DNA of 64,000 nucleotides from a virus: IMG/VR virus record IMGVR_UViG_3300050343_000216, positions 11,300 to 75,299 of that record; one strand, 5' to 3'. Shown piece by piece: positions 12,745 to 23,700 of this stretch (position 1 is its first letter; each line of letters starts with the position of its first letter). The notes under the pieces were generated by a model. It saw only the letters and a program-made list of their open reading frames with translations, ran no database searches and was not told where the DNA came from. The position numbers and the translations under genes were made by a program.

Positions 12745-12928
12745 GGTAGAAATTTATGGACAGATGGATGTTTCTGTGAAAAAGCAGTAGACCTATGCAG
12801 AGAGTTATGGACTATACATTATATTGACGCTTTCAAGCAACTTGAATTTTATTACAAAACCGTTCCTCAAATAAGGTGAAGTATGGGTCGGAGGATAAGC
12901 GACTTCGAAGAAGTTGGAGAGCTTTTAA
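12745..12928 (+). CDS. degraded glutaredoxin-like ORF
   Basis: VEIYG..C..KA and KTVPQI fragments between nrdA and nrdB. Confidence 0.4.
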
Positions 12929-13878
12929 TGAATCTTCTCACTGAAAGAGCTATAAACCTTTCAACTACCCTTGGGCTTTTGAGCACTATAAGTCTCAACA
13001 GCATATGCATTGGCTTCCTGATGAAGTCAATCTTGCGGATGATTTGAAAGATTATCGAGAAAAACTGACTGAGGAATAAAAAACTTATTTCAGATTTTTC
13101 GATTTCTTTACACAGGCTGATGTAGATGTATGTTGTGGGTATGCAAAGCACTATCTTCCTACATTTAAGCAACCAGAAGTACGAATGATGCTTTCTGCTT
13201 TTGCTGCAATGGAAGCAGTGCATCAGGAAGCATATTCGTTACTTACTAGAAACTCTTGGGTTTGGAGATGATGAGTATCAAAAGTTCTTGAACACAAAGC
13301 AATGATGGATAAGCATGAACACTTATCTAACTTTGGTATGGATACTCCAATGGACATTGCAAAGACAATGGCGATTTACTCTGGATTTACAGAAGGAGTA
13401 CAGTTGTTTAGTAGTTTTGCTATTTTGCTTAACTTCCCTCGACATAACTTAATGAAAGGGTATGGGACAGATTGTTACATGGTCTATTCGTGATGAAACA
13501 TTGCACGTTGAAGGCATGTCTCAACTATTCCGAACTTTTATTCAAGAAAATCCAGAGTTATGGAATGATGATCTAAAGTATGAAATTTATTGTGCTGCAG
13601 AGCGTACAGTAGAGCTAGAAGATGCTTTTATTGACTTGTGTTTTGAAGGTGCAGAAGTACCTGATCTAACAGCAGAAGAAGTAAAAGAGTATATTCGATA
13701 TATTGCAGATCGCGACTTCTAGGTCTAGGAATGAAGAAAATTTTTCAAGTGAAGAAAATCCTTTACCTTGGCTAGACTATATGTTAAACGCAGTAGAGCA
13801 CACTAACTTTTTTGAAAACCGTGCCACCGAGTATGCTCGCGCTAGTACTACGGGTAACTGGCAAGACATTTTTAAATA
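12928..13878 (+). CDS. nrdB: ribonucleotide reductase class Ia beta subunit, frameshifted
   Basis: FRFFTQADVDV, MEAVHQEAY, EGVQLFSSF, RDETLH, NFFENRATEY. Confidence 0.92.
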
Positions 13879-13879
13879 T

Positions 13880-14955
13880 GTACCCGCGCCTATTTCCCAC
13901 CATAAACTTGAAACAGATTGACTCAGATGGTTAAAGTAATTTATACCTCCATATCCTCCGTTATGAGTAGTTCCTCCTATATTGTAAGGAAGTCCCATCA
14001 GCAAAAGATAATTACCGGACATGTTGCCCTTGCCGGTTAGAGTTATGCGATAAGACACATAAATAATATTGCCAACTTTTCTATATAACCCTAATTGAGA
14101 AGAATATGTTTGTGACATTGGGGTAGATTGACCATATCCCTGCAAGTACGGCGTCCACGTTCCTTCTTCGTAATCGTCTAAAGCATTAGCGGCGGCTGTA
14201 TCACCGTTAAAGGTGATGCCGCCACCAGACAAAATACGCATTTTTTCTCCGGCATCGACCCTAAACTGAATGGTAGATGCTGTACCAGAGTTGGCTTCGT
14301 CGGACGCAATAATTAGATCGTCGTAGCCTGTGATTCCAATAAAGTTGTTTTGGAGATTGCTTGAGTCTCCATCAAAGCGAACCTTGGCAGTGCCACCTGT
14401 CCCTATCATGCTTAAAAGCTCTGACGGGCTGGCATTGTTAATGCCCACCTTTTCTGCGGAGCTAATCGTAATCGCAGTAGACGTAGCATTATCGTCAATA
14501 CCAGTTGATGTTAGATTGCCAATAGTGATTGCATTTGTAGTAGTTGCGCCCGCACCAGTTACTGCGGCGAGTGTAGGAGTAGCAGTTGTAACCGTAGCAA
14601 ATGAAAGAGTTCCCGAACCATTTGTAGTTAGTGCCTGACCATTGCTGCCATCAGAAACATTAAGTTCTGTAATTCCTACACTGTTTGCTTCCGGAGACGC
14701 AGAGCTGAAAGTTCTAGCAATATACATCACATAGCAAGAATCTGTTGACGCAATGGCTTCGGTAAACGTAATTGTGGCACCCGAAGCCGAATACGCAGTG
14801 GTAGGCTCCTGTCGAACATTATTTACAAAAACTGCAAGATCGTTTGCGCTTCCTACAGAATGCGTCAGCGTGTAAGCCGTTGAGCCGTCACCTGTAATCG
14901 TCTGCTTTGCAACACTTGCAAATTCTTGTACTGGTTCTACTCCTAAGAATGGCAT
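13880..14955 (-). CDS. tail fibre-like structural protein (3' end lost at junction)
   Basis: G/S/T-rich; VFVNNVRQEP, TGIDDNA and DDYEEGTWTP modules. Confidence 0.7.
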
Positions 14956-16058
14956 TATTTAGTCTCCAGTGCTGTGAGTCGAGCTTCTAGTTCTTTAACA
15001 GCATTGATTAGTACAGCCGACAATCTTGAGTAATCAACGGTTTTGTAAACAGTTTCTTCATCATTTGTTAATAAGGGCATAGTCATATCGTGTACGATTT
15101 CAGGCATAACTGTTTCAACTTCTTGAGCAATTACACCGTAATCAGTTTGATCTTTTCTCGACCCTTTATTCCATTTATACGTTACTCCGCGTAAGCCTTT
15201 TACCTTATCAAGTGCACCTGTAACTGTTTGTATATTGTCCTTGAATCTTTCGTCTGAAACAGAGCTTGAGTTGGCAGTTACGCTTCCAGCAACATGAAGA
15301 TTATTCGTAGCAAGCAACATATAGTCAGTGCCCCCTGAATTCCATTTGAAATTGGCCCCTCCATATTGCCTAAACATAGTACCAGCAGCGCCCTGCTGTA
15401 CCATTTCACCGTAGTACGACGAGTTGTAAGCAACGCGGACAGCTCGCTTGTTTTCATCGCTTGAGCTTTCAGCGTGAAGAGCTGTTGTAGGGCTTGTAGT
15501 GCCAATACCTACCTTACCGCTGTCGTTGATACGTATACGTTCTGAGGTGCCGTTTCCTCTTATCTTAAAATGGCTAGCGCCAGTACCGCCCTGGTCAAAG
15601 GTAAGAGTTAAGTTTTGACCATTCTGTCCTCCTGTTGCGATTCTGTGAAATGAAGCTGTGCCGTTATCGTCACGAAGCTCAATATTCGTTGAGCCAGCGC
15701 TTCTTATCGTCAAATTGGTTCCGGGAGTGGTAGTGCCAATGCCTACGTTGCCAGCACCATCAAGAGTTATCCTATTTGCGCTATCTGTAAAATCATATAA
15801 ATGAAATTTATCGGCGCTACTATCAACATACCAAGCATAGGAACCCTGATTATTTGTTGCTTTAAAAGCGGCAAGGCCTGTTGTACTCTCTATCTCTACT
15901 CTTGCGTCTGCTGTTGTATAAACATGGAGTTTTTCTTGAGGGCTAGAAGCACCAACGCCTACTTTTTCACCAGAATCAATAGTAATCGCAGTAGCATCAG
16001 CACTACTGTTAATAGCAGGTATGCCAATAAAGTTTGCTAAATTTCTTGCCTTTGACAT
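14955..16058 (-). CDS. tail fibre with C-terminal intramolecular chaperone (peptidase S74)
   Basis: VGIGT repeats; SDERFKDNI...GVIAQEVE...VDY...L..AVKEL. Confidence 0.85.
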   Translation of the reverse strand: MSKARNLANFIGIPAINSSADATAITIDSGEKVGVGASSPQEKLHVYTTADARVEIESTTGLAAFKATNNQGSYAWYVDSSADKFHLYDFTDSANRITLDGAGNVGIGTTTPGTNLTIRSAGSTNIELRDDNGTASFHRIATGGQNGQNLTLTFDQGGTGASHFKIRGNGTSERIRINDSGKVGIGTTSPTTALHAESSSDENKRAVRVAYNSSYYGEMVQQGAAGTMFRQYGGANFKWNSGGTDYMLLATNNLHVAGSVTANSSSVSDERFKDNIQTVTGALDKVKGLRGVTYKWNKGSRKDQTDYGVIAQEVETVMPEIVHDMTMPLLTNDEETVYKTVDYSRLSAVLINAVKELEARLTALETK

Positions 16059-16095
16059 ATTTTATTCCTTAAGTGCTGTTTCTTGGTTTGGGTAA

Positions 16096-17112
16096 TTAAG
16101 CGGTTTTGTAAGTGGCACTCATATAAAGGTTTGTGCCGCCTGTGCCTAGATTGTTAGGGTAAATAGATTCGGAGTTGTTTCGACGGCCCGTGTTATACAA
16201 ATAGACGGCTGTCATTCCAGTGCCAGTTGAGCCAGCAGTGGCCCAAACACTGCTATAGCCGTAACAATATCCAATAGTAATGCTTTGATAAGCTGAGCCG
16301 TGGCAAGTAAAAGGAAGACTGCCGACAAGCAAATATCCACCCGCTGACCCAATAGACATTGAGCTAGTGTCTAATCGACAGCTAACAGTAACGAGGTCAC
16401 CAATTTTTGTGTAATGTCCGACTCGAAAGCCGTAGCTAAGTGATCCAAAACTGCCAGAAGTGGGGATATACGTTGGCGTCCATGTGCCTTCTTCGTAGTC
16501 ATCAAGAAGCTCAGAAGTCATACCAGATGCATTAGAGTTGGCAGAAAAATCTATTCCTTTTCCACTTGCCATTTTTAGACCATCAGAGGTCACACGAGCA
16601 ATTTCTGTAGGCGTAACCTGAGTGCCTACTGAGGCTGTAGCGGCGGCGTCAACGTAAAAGTAAATAGCTCCGTTTCTTAAACCTATAAGCGTTTTCGCAA
16701 AAGATGTCCCTACTGACGAATGATCCCCGTTTGTTCCGCTGCCATATTGATAACCATTAGCCAGCATTAAGCCGGCACTATTATTCTGTCTATACATATT
16801 GGCGTAACTAACTGAGCTACCTTCTGTGAAACCAATATTTTTTCCTGCGGCAACACCAAGTCCAGAAGCAGAAAGGGAAGTATTGCCGACTATCACATTT
16901 TCGCTACTATCAATCGTAATTGCCGTAGCATCAGCATTATCGTCAATACCAGTCGAGGTAAATCCGGTCAAAGTTCCGACAGAAGTAATATTTGGTTGAG
17001 CCGCAGTTGTTAATGTGCCCGCTACTCCCGAATTTGTAACTGTCAGTTTCGTAGAGGTAGCACTATCATCGATACCAATAGAAAAATCATTTTTTACCCG
17101 AGAGCGAGTCAT
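16096..17112 (-). CDS. tail fibre-like protein
   Basis: TAAQPNITSVGTL, TGIDDNADATAITID, LLDDYEEGTWTP...YTKIG. Confidence 0.75.
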   Translation of the reverse strand: MTRSRVKNDFSIGIDDSATSTKLTVTNSGVAGTLTTAAQPNITSVGTLTGFTSTGIDDNADATAITIDSSENVIVGNTSLSASGLGVAAGKNIGFTEGSSVSYANMYRQNNSAGLMLANGYQYGSGTNGDHSSVGTSFAKTLIGLRNGAIYFYVDAAATASVGTQVTPTEIARVTSDGLKMASGKGIDFSANSNASGMTSELLDDYEEGTWTPTYIPTSGSFGSLSYGFRVGHYTKIGDLVTVSCRLDTSSMSIGSAGGYLLVGSLPFTCHGSAYQSITIGYCYGYSSVWATAGSTGTGMTAVYLYNTGRRNNSESIYPNNLGTGGTNLYMSATYKTA

Positions 17113-17447
17113 TAAGTGATCTCCATTAAACCTGCAACAGCATCAATTGCATTTGCTGTTCCTGCTTTAATCTTTAAAATATCTCCTGTTTCTAAAATAT
17201 ATTTCTGCCCTTGCAGCACTTCTAACGTTGTATTTCCAGGTATACTCACACTTTCCAACAACTGAAATGTCGCCGCGCTTGCAGAAGCATCTGTGAATTG
17301 AACTTGTACGGTAACTGAATTGCCAGTTTTATTTGCTAGTGCAACTCCAAGAAGTACCGAAGTCGTAGAGGACGGCGCAGTATAAAGTGTACCGTATGAT
17401 GAGTTACTTGCATTTGCAAGCGCCGCATTTTTAAAAGTATTTGCCAT
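17112..17447 (-). CDS. small virion structural protein
   Basis: MANTFKN..LYTAP..LETGD..MEIT pattern typical of marine phage fibre loci. Confidence 0.65.
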   Translation of the reverse strand: MANTFKNAALANASNSSYGTLYTAPSSTTSVLLGVALANKTGNSVTVQVQFTDASASAATFQLLESVSIPGNTTLEVLQGQKYILETGDILKIKAGTANAIDAVAGLMEIT

Positions 17448-17451
17448 AATT

Positions 17452-18408
17452 TTATCCTAAAGCGATTGCCAGAGCCGTTGCATCGTCTACGGTTGCATAT
17501 CCTGGAGCCGAGATATTAATTTTTCGGCCTAAATCGATAATATAGTCTACTACATCTCCGGTTACAAGTGCAGGACTAAATGTAATTGTAGAACCCGAAA
17601 TAGTAAAAGAGTCTCCAGGCTCTTGAGTAATTCCATTCACAGAAACAACTAAAGCATTTTGGTGTGATGGAGTATATGCACTACTGCTCTCTGTTAAAGC
17701 GTATGCTGCTTGTCCATTAACAGTACTAATTGCATCCAGTTTTGTTGGGTTATGAACACTTGCAAGAGAGCTTATTGTAACAATTCTAACTTCGTCTGAT
17801 GCTGTAACTCCGGAGCTAAATACGACCGAAGTACCGTTTGTAGCAGTATAATCTACTCCATCATCTTGCAGTACTCCGTTGAGGAATACCATAATAGAGC
17901 CAACTTCATATAGTAAAGTTGCAGAGTTAGAGTCGGAGCCAGTAAAAGTAGTTTGATTTGCAGTTGCAGTATACTCAAACTCCGTCATACCGGCGTCTGT
18001 ATACTGGAAAACACTAGAAGCGGAAGCCCCGCTTATTGTAATTGTTTTTGTAGCGCCAGTACCAGATGCAACAACCCCTGCTCCTACAAAATTTAGGGTA
18101 GTGCCTGCTGTCGATAAAGAGCTGCCTTCATCTTGTATAGTTAGTGAGCCGCCCCCGCTTTGAGCGACCCAATCATAATCTGAACCAGTCCAAGAGAGTA
18201 CTTCATTAGCATTTGCAGTGCTTCTGTTTAAATGAGCATCTACATTTGTATTGCCATAGCTGCTAGAACCTCCTCCAATTGATTTTATAGTACCGCCGTC
18301 ATTAATATATAAAAGTTGACCAGCAGTATCAATGGCGATCTCGCCATTTACAATATCACTTGTAGAAGGTGTAGAAGTACCTCTTTTTGGCTTGATTATA
18401 AGCGACAC
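17452..18408 (-). CDS. virion structural/fibre protein
   Basis: GEIAI fibre N-terminus; YTATANQTTF and VFLNGV repeats; ATALAIALG C-terminus. Confidence 0.7.
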   Translation of the reverse strand: MSLIIKPKRGTSTPSTSDIVNGEIAIDTAGQLLYINDGGTIKSIGGGSSSYGNTNVDAHLNRSTANANEVLSWTGSDYDWVAQSGGGSLTIQDEGSSLSTAGTTLNFVGAGVVASGTGATKTITISGASASSVFQYTDAGMTEFEYTATANQTTFTGSDSNSATLLYEVGSIMVFLNGVLQDDGVDYTATNGTSVVFSSGVTASDEVRIVTISSLASVHNPTKLDAISTVNGQAAYALTESSSAYTPSHQNALVVSVNGITQEPGDSFTISGSTITFSPALVTGDVVDYIIDLGRKINISAPGYATVDDATALAIALG

Positions 18409-18422
18409 AAAAAACTCCTAAA

Positions 18423-19919
18423 TTAGAACGTGCCGCCGTCAAGTGTTGTTGTCCAAGAGGCAGACCCTGAAGTGCCCATAGTAAGGAAAGCACCGTTAGA
18501 ACTTGGTTTTACAAGTCGAGTATATCCACCGTTTGATGCAGCACCAATAAGAAGATCCCCTACTGCAGTTGCTGAAATGCCCTTAATTCGCAGGCTAGTT
18601 CCATCCGCCAGTAAAGTAATATTATCGTCATTTACGGCAAGAGTAGTTCCACTCTGGGAAATACCATCGCCCGCAGTAATTGACCCCGCTCCGGAGAATT
18701 GAGCGACTGTAAGATCTGTGCTACCAAGAGTAGGAGTACCATTATGAGTAAATACAAAGCCGCTATCTGAGTTTGTAGTTCCTTCTTCTACGAAAGTAAA
18801 GGTACCTCCAGTAAGTTCTGCTGCTACATTTGCATCTGCCGAACGAGCAGGAGAAGCTCCCGCCGTATAAATACCGTTTTCACTTGCATCCGTCTGATTT
18901 TTTACAAGTACACGATCGCCGTCTGCAAGAGTTACACCATCAAGTGTATCGTTTACATTCAGAGCTGTAGCAATTGTAATATTTGCAGTGGTAGCAACTC
19001 GTACAGAAGCTTTAACCTCTAGACCTGTTTTAACAGCATCTACATATGCTTTTGTGGCAGCGTCTTGAGCGCCTGTTGGATCCGCAACACTTGTAATTCT
19101 TGAAGAGCTCATATCAATCGTAGAAGAGCCCGCAGGATTAAAGGTTATATTACCACTCGCAGTAGTAACTGTTCCGGAAAGAACAGGAGCGGTAAGAGTC
19201 TTGTTCGTAAGAGTTTCCGCACCATCTTGGCTAGTAAGAATTGTACCTGTGGCAGGAAGCGTTAGAGTATTTGAAGCACCTGAGGAGTGTGGAGCAGACT
19301 GCAGAGTCTGTGCATGAGCATTTGTAGATCCACAATAAAATAGAATTTTAGAGTCTGATCCACCATTTTTAAGATCAATAACTCCATTGCTAATTTTTAC
19401 ACCACCACTTGAAGTGCTATTATTTCCATCAATATAAACTGCGTCATCTGCATATACATCTTTTGCAAATTTAATCTTTTCTGCAGAGTTAGTAGTATCA
19501 AGAGTAATATAATTATTTGAACCTTCAGAAATTGTAAAAGAGGTTGCAGACCCGTCAAGAATCTTAAACTCAATCGCACCTCCAGTAGAAAAATCAATAC
19601 TACCGGTAGTAGGATCGATAATTAAATCGCCACTTCCAGTAGAAATTGTATTACCGTTAAGAGTAATATTGTCAACAAGCCACTCATTAACTTTCTTATT
19701 TGAGTCAACTTGTACTAACTTACTCGCTTCAACAGTTCCCGCTGCTGCAGGAAATAGACCAACATACTGGTTACCTCCAATTATAGTTACAGCATTTGAA
19801 TTTGCAGGATCTCCGATATAGAGTTTGCCATCCCCTCCAGTAAACGCTAATTCACCGGCATTTAGAGTGCCAGGAGCGGTGCTTCCAGTACTTCTTTTGA
19901 TTTTAATAATTTGAGCCAT
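18423..19919 (-). CDS. tail fibre protein
   Basis: IKIKRS..P..L.AGELA N-terminus; DAATKAYVD, DRVLVKNQ, DGGTF. Confidence 0.75.
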   Translation of the reverse strand: MAQIIKIKRSTGSTAPGTLNAGELAFTGGDGKLYIGDPANSNAVTIIGGNQYVGLFPAAAGTVEASKLVQVDSNKKVNEWLVDNITLNGNTISTGSGDLIIDPTTGSIDFSTGGAIEFKILDGSATSFTISEGSNNYITLDTTNSAEKIKFAKDVYADDAVYIDGNNSTSSGGVKISNGVIDLKNGGSDSKILFYCGSTNAHAQTLQSAPHSSGASNTLTLPATGTILTSQDGAETLTNKTLTAPVLSGTVTTASGNITFNPAGSSTIDMSSSRITSVADPTGAQDAATKAYVDAVKTGLEVKASVRVATTANITIATALNVNDTLDGVTLADGDRVLVKNQTDASENGIYTAGASPARSADANVAAELTGGTFTFVEEGTTNSDSGFVFTHNGTPTLGSTDLTVAQFSGAGSITAGDGISQSGTTLAVNDDNITLLADGTSLRIKGISATAVGDLLIGAASNGGYTRLVKPSSNGAFLTMGTSGSASWTTTLDGGTF

Positions 19920-19939
19920 TTATAGTCTCCAAATAAGCC

Positions 19940-20359
19940 TTAAAAGGCTCCGCCGTCAAGTGTATCCGAATCCGGTGAGATGTTTCCTACTATTATAGGA
20001 ACCCACTCAAAGACTCCGCTACTCGTTTCACGGTATACTTTTAATTGATTGTCATCGATATCATACCACGTATCTCCCTCTTCTATGAAACTGCCAGAAG
20101 GGGTTGAGTCACTTCGAAAATTTTGATCTGCAAGCTGCTTTAGAGCAACATCTAAAAATCCTGCAGAAATTGTATTGTATGCACCTACTGACACACTAGA
20201 TGCGTCAATTACACCTGGAACTGCAGTAGGAATAGCAAGAGTATAGGCTTCGATAGTAGTAACATCATCTGTAAGATCGATAGAAATTTGATCCCCTGTT
20301 ACTGTAATATCAGAAACACTTTCTGTTACTTCAATTACTGTAGAAGCAGTTGTGGACAC
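19940..20359 (-). CDS. virion structural protein
   Basis: GDTWYD..LKVY and LDGGAF end, within the fibre operon. Confidence 0.6.
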   Translation of the reverse strand: MSTTASTVIEVTESVSDITVTGDQISIDLTDDVTTIEAYTLAIPTAVPGVIDASSVSVGAYNTISAGFLDVALKQLADQNFRSDSTPSGSFIEEGDTWYDIDDNQLKVYRETSSGVFEWVPIIVGNISPDSDTLDGGAF

Positions 20360-20730
20360 TATCGAGTCACCTCAGGATTAATTGTTGCAGTCCCTTGAAT
20401 AATTCTCTTTACTACTGCGTCACTATTTGTAAAAATTTCTACATCATATACGTATTGTCCTGCGGCAATATTTTTAGACCCATCTCTTGCAGTCCCACCA
20501 GAATCCGTCCAGTTACTATTTGGAAGTTCGACTTTAAGAGAGCCCGCAGAAGCGTTTGTTACTGTAACTTTAAGATAGCCTGCAATCGTAGTAGACGTAT
20601 GAGACGAGCGCAGTTGTCCGCGACCTGAGTAATTACTCAGATTTTTAGCAGTTCCCGATTCTTTGATTACTAAGTCAATAGCAAAGTCGGAACCTTGGTC
20701 AATGAATAAGTTGTAAGTCGCTGCGCTCAT
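20359..20730 (-). CDS. fibre adaptor (T5 p132 / BppU-like)
   Basis: YNLFIDQGSDF..G.YVYDVEI..RIIQG..PEVTR. Confidence 0.7.
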   Translation of the reverse strand: MSAATYNLFIDQGSDFAIDLVIKESGTAKNLSNYSGRGQLRSSHTSTTIAGYLKVTVTNASAGSLKVELPNSNWTDSGGTARDGSKNIAAGQYVYDVEIFTNSDAVVKRIIQGTATINPEVTR

Positions 20731-20750
20731 TAAAGTTCTCCTATGATGAA

Positions 20751-20779
20751 ATTATAACAAAGAGGACATTTTATGTCAA
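20751..20779 (-). promoter_or_regulatory. sigma70-type promoter for the fibre operon
   Basis: TTGACA-17 bp-TATAAT on the minus strand. Confidence 0.88.
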
Positions 20780-20797
20780 GTTTTATTTTTTTGGTGG

Positions 20798-23700
20798 TTA
20801 TAGCTTACCAATTCGTACTCTTTCAGCACTACCATCATAAATTCTTATTGAGTTAGAGCTAGTAGTAGTATCAAGCACAATAGAATTTGAGGGCTGATAT
20901 TGAGCAGTATTCGTGCTATTAGTAAATTTTAAAGTTCCGCTTGTAAGAACAATCTTACCTGCACTAACATCAGTAGCACTTAAACTATCTCCTCCGATTC
21001 CTGTTACTGATCCTGTTTGACCATTTATGCTTTGTACCGGAGCAAGTCCCGGAGCCTGCGCTTGAATTGCCGCAGTAACTTGAGCTTGAGTATTAAAGGT
21101 ACTATTTGCTTGAGTAGTAGTATATACTCCTAACCCCGCGGGGGTTATCTGGGTATATTTATTAGCAACTGTTACTGCTTGCTGCTGTATTTGGGTAGTA
21201 GTTCCTGAGGATGTCTGTGCTCCTACTTGGGAAGCATTCAAAGAGATTCTTTGAGCTTGTATAGTACCAGTTGTAATATTTGCACCATTTATCTGAGTAG
21301 ATCCTTGCTGTTGCAAATCAGTAAATGTAACAAGTCCAGTAAATCCTACGCCATTATATGTATCCTGTCCAAAACTTAAACTTCCTTGGTCAGACTGTTG
21401 ACCACTTGCATCCCGAGTAGTATCTCCAGCAGGAGCACCATCTGCATTTCTTGCTTCTGCTGCATTCCAACTAGCATACCAATATTGATTAGTGGCTCCC
21501 GCAGTAAAAGTTGGGGCCGTTTCTGCCCATTGCCCTTGTAATCCTACAAAAGCCTGCTGTGTAAAACTATAGTCTTGGGCAGTAGGAACTTGAGGCTTAG
21601 TAGTAGTTGCTTGTTGAAAGTACACATAGCCAGTTTTTTGTCGAAGGCCAATAAGTCCGTCTCCTCCTACCTCTCCGAAACTGGCTGTAAGAATTGGGCC
21701 GTCCCAAGCAGTATCTCCAGAAGTAGTTCCTAGATTAACTGTAGTTTCTGCTCCTGAAGGAATCACTACCTTACTTACTTTCCATAGGTATCGATTCGTT
21801 GCAGTTACACTTGAAGCCACATTTGACCAACTATTTAAAGACTCGCCTGAAGTTGCTGCAATATTCCCTGATGCAAAAGTATAAGTTACTTCTGGACGTG
21901 AAGAAGGGGCTGAAGCACTCGATGTTAATAAGAACATTTCTATTGTAGAAGCCGCATCTCTGCCTGCAATTGATTTTGTTAAAGTTTGTTGAGCTTCAAC
22001 AGTTTCTAGTCCCTCCGATGTTTGTACTTTTACTGTATAAGTAATTACTTCAACATCATCAGTAGGATTGCCAGAAGCATGAGAACTATTAATTGCAGTA
22101 TGAGCACCTATAGTAAGTCTACTATTGTCATTATTTGTGGGAGGAGAAATTGTAAGGTCTCCTCCGGCATTTGCAGCACTTACTATATACCACTGCCCGG
22201 GGGTTAAGCCTGAGTCCCCACCACTTCTTCCATATGCATTATTATTCCCCACATACGTAGCACGCGTGCCTCCTTGAAGAACTTCGAAAAATGAACCACT
22301 ACCGAGTATAAGGCCTGTAGTACCTGTTCCTACATTTCCATTTTTATCTGTGGCATAAGTATGAGCAGAGTTAGCTATATGCACTACTACTCCTCCCGTA
22401 CCGCTTTTAACGCCTACGAGTGAAATACTGTCTGTACCTTCAATAGTTGTAGGAGCTGTTCCGCTACTCCAACTAGAGGGCTTTTCTCCTACTTCTATTT
22501 GAAGATTAACAGGCCAATCGCTCTGGTCAAAAGTAGCTGAAGGAGTATATTTATAAGGTAATAAATATCCCAATCCAGGCACTTGATTGCCGCCTCCATC
22601 AAAAGTATCAGTCCAGTTTTGTACGACTGTACTAGTTCCTCCTACTGTTTTTGTAAGTTTGAAAATTGGAGTTGTAAAATTAAGGTACGCAAGATTAAAA
22701 TATATTTTATCGTCTGCACTAAGTCCCCAATTAGATCTTGCATAATCATTAAAATGAGGACTTGCCCCATTTGCATTATATAGAATAGTATAATCTTCAG
22801 CCATTAGTCTTACTGATTTTCCAGATAATCCTATTGAACCATCTTTTGTTTTAAAAATTCTAAGTGTTTTTGTTATACTCTTGGCAGAGTTGTTAGGGTC
22901 ATTCTTTTCTCTTACTTCAACAGTAAACTCTAAAGTTGCACCATTATTCCAAGCAATAGCAGAATTGTTATGAATTTGTTTAATAAATCTACCATCAGTA
23001 CCAGTGACAAAACTACTATCTGCACTTCCGGAAGTAGAAGCAAAGCCTGTACCTGTAATTTTAAACTCGGGTAGAGTGAAGTTCAGTCCTGTTGCAGTAA
23101 TAGTAATACTACTATATGTAGGAGTATATTGAGTTTCATCACTTTTATATTGAAGAGAGGAAATATTAGTATCTACTACAAGATCTCTTGGTTTAGTAAG
23201 ATCCGGGTCTAAAACTAAAAAGCTTTGATAAGCTCCAGTGGCTCCATTAAGACTTCCTGCAAGAAAATCATTTGAAAAATCAGGAGAAAGAGAATCTTTA
23301 TAGAAAGTTTTATTCGAAACAGCAATATCAAATACTCTATCGATATATAATACTGTGTCACTTTCTACATATGCAATTTTTGCAGCTCTTTCTCTTTGGT
23401 TGGCTGGACCTGAATCTACCTCAAATTTTAAAACATTTGTCAAAGCATAGGCGGACCCTGTGAATGAAGTATTTACTCCAGTTACTTTATTTGAACCCGC
23501 CGGAATACTAATAGTACCATTTACTTGACTCCAGATACTTGGATTTGAGTAAATAGCACTTCCTCCGCCCGCTACTGCAGCCGCATTTAAGTCTATCTTA
23601 GACTGTTCAATTTCGTCATACCAATAGTCAATATCTAAATCTTCATCGAACTTATAGTTTGCAAGTTTAACAGTGCTACTATAGTAATCTACAAATACAT

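Noticed and set aside
10975-13878. Introns or inteins in nrdAB or the polymerase
   Set aside because: Gene lengths are normal or short and no homing endonuclease or intein motifs were seen
2136-13880. Alternative genetic code or stop-codon readthrough explaining the broken genes
   Set aside because: The breaks change reading frame instead of being in-frame stops of one type, and intact genes end with TAA, TAG and TGA
13703-13921. Antisense overlap between nrdB and a fibre gene
   Set aside because: Both ORFs lose their natural ends at about 13880 and read into each other; no terminator is present, indicating a collapsed junction
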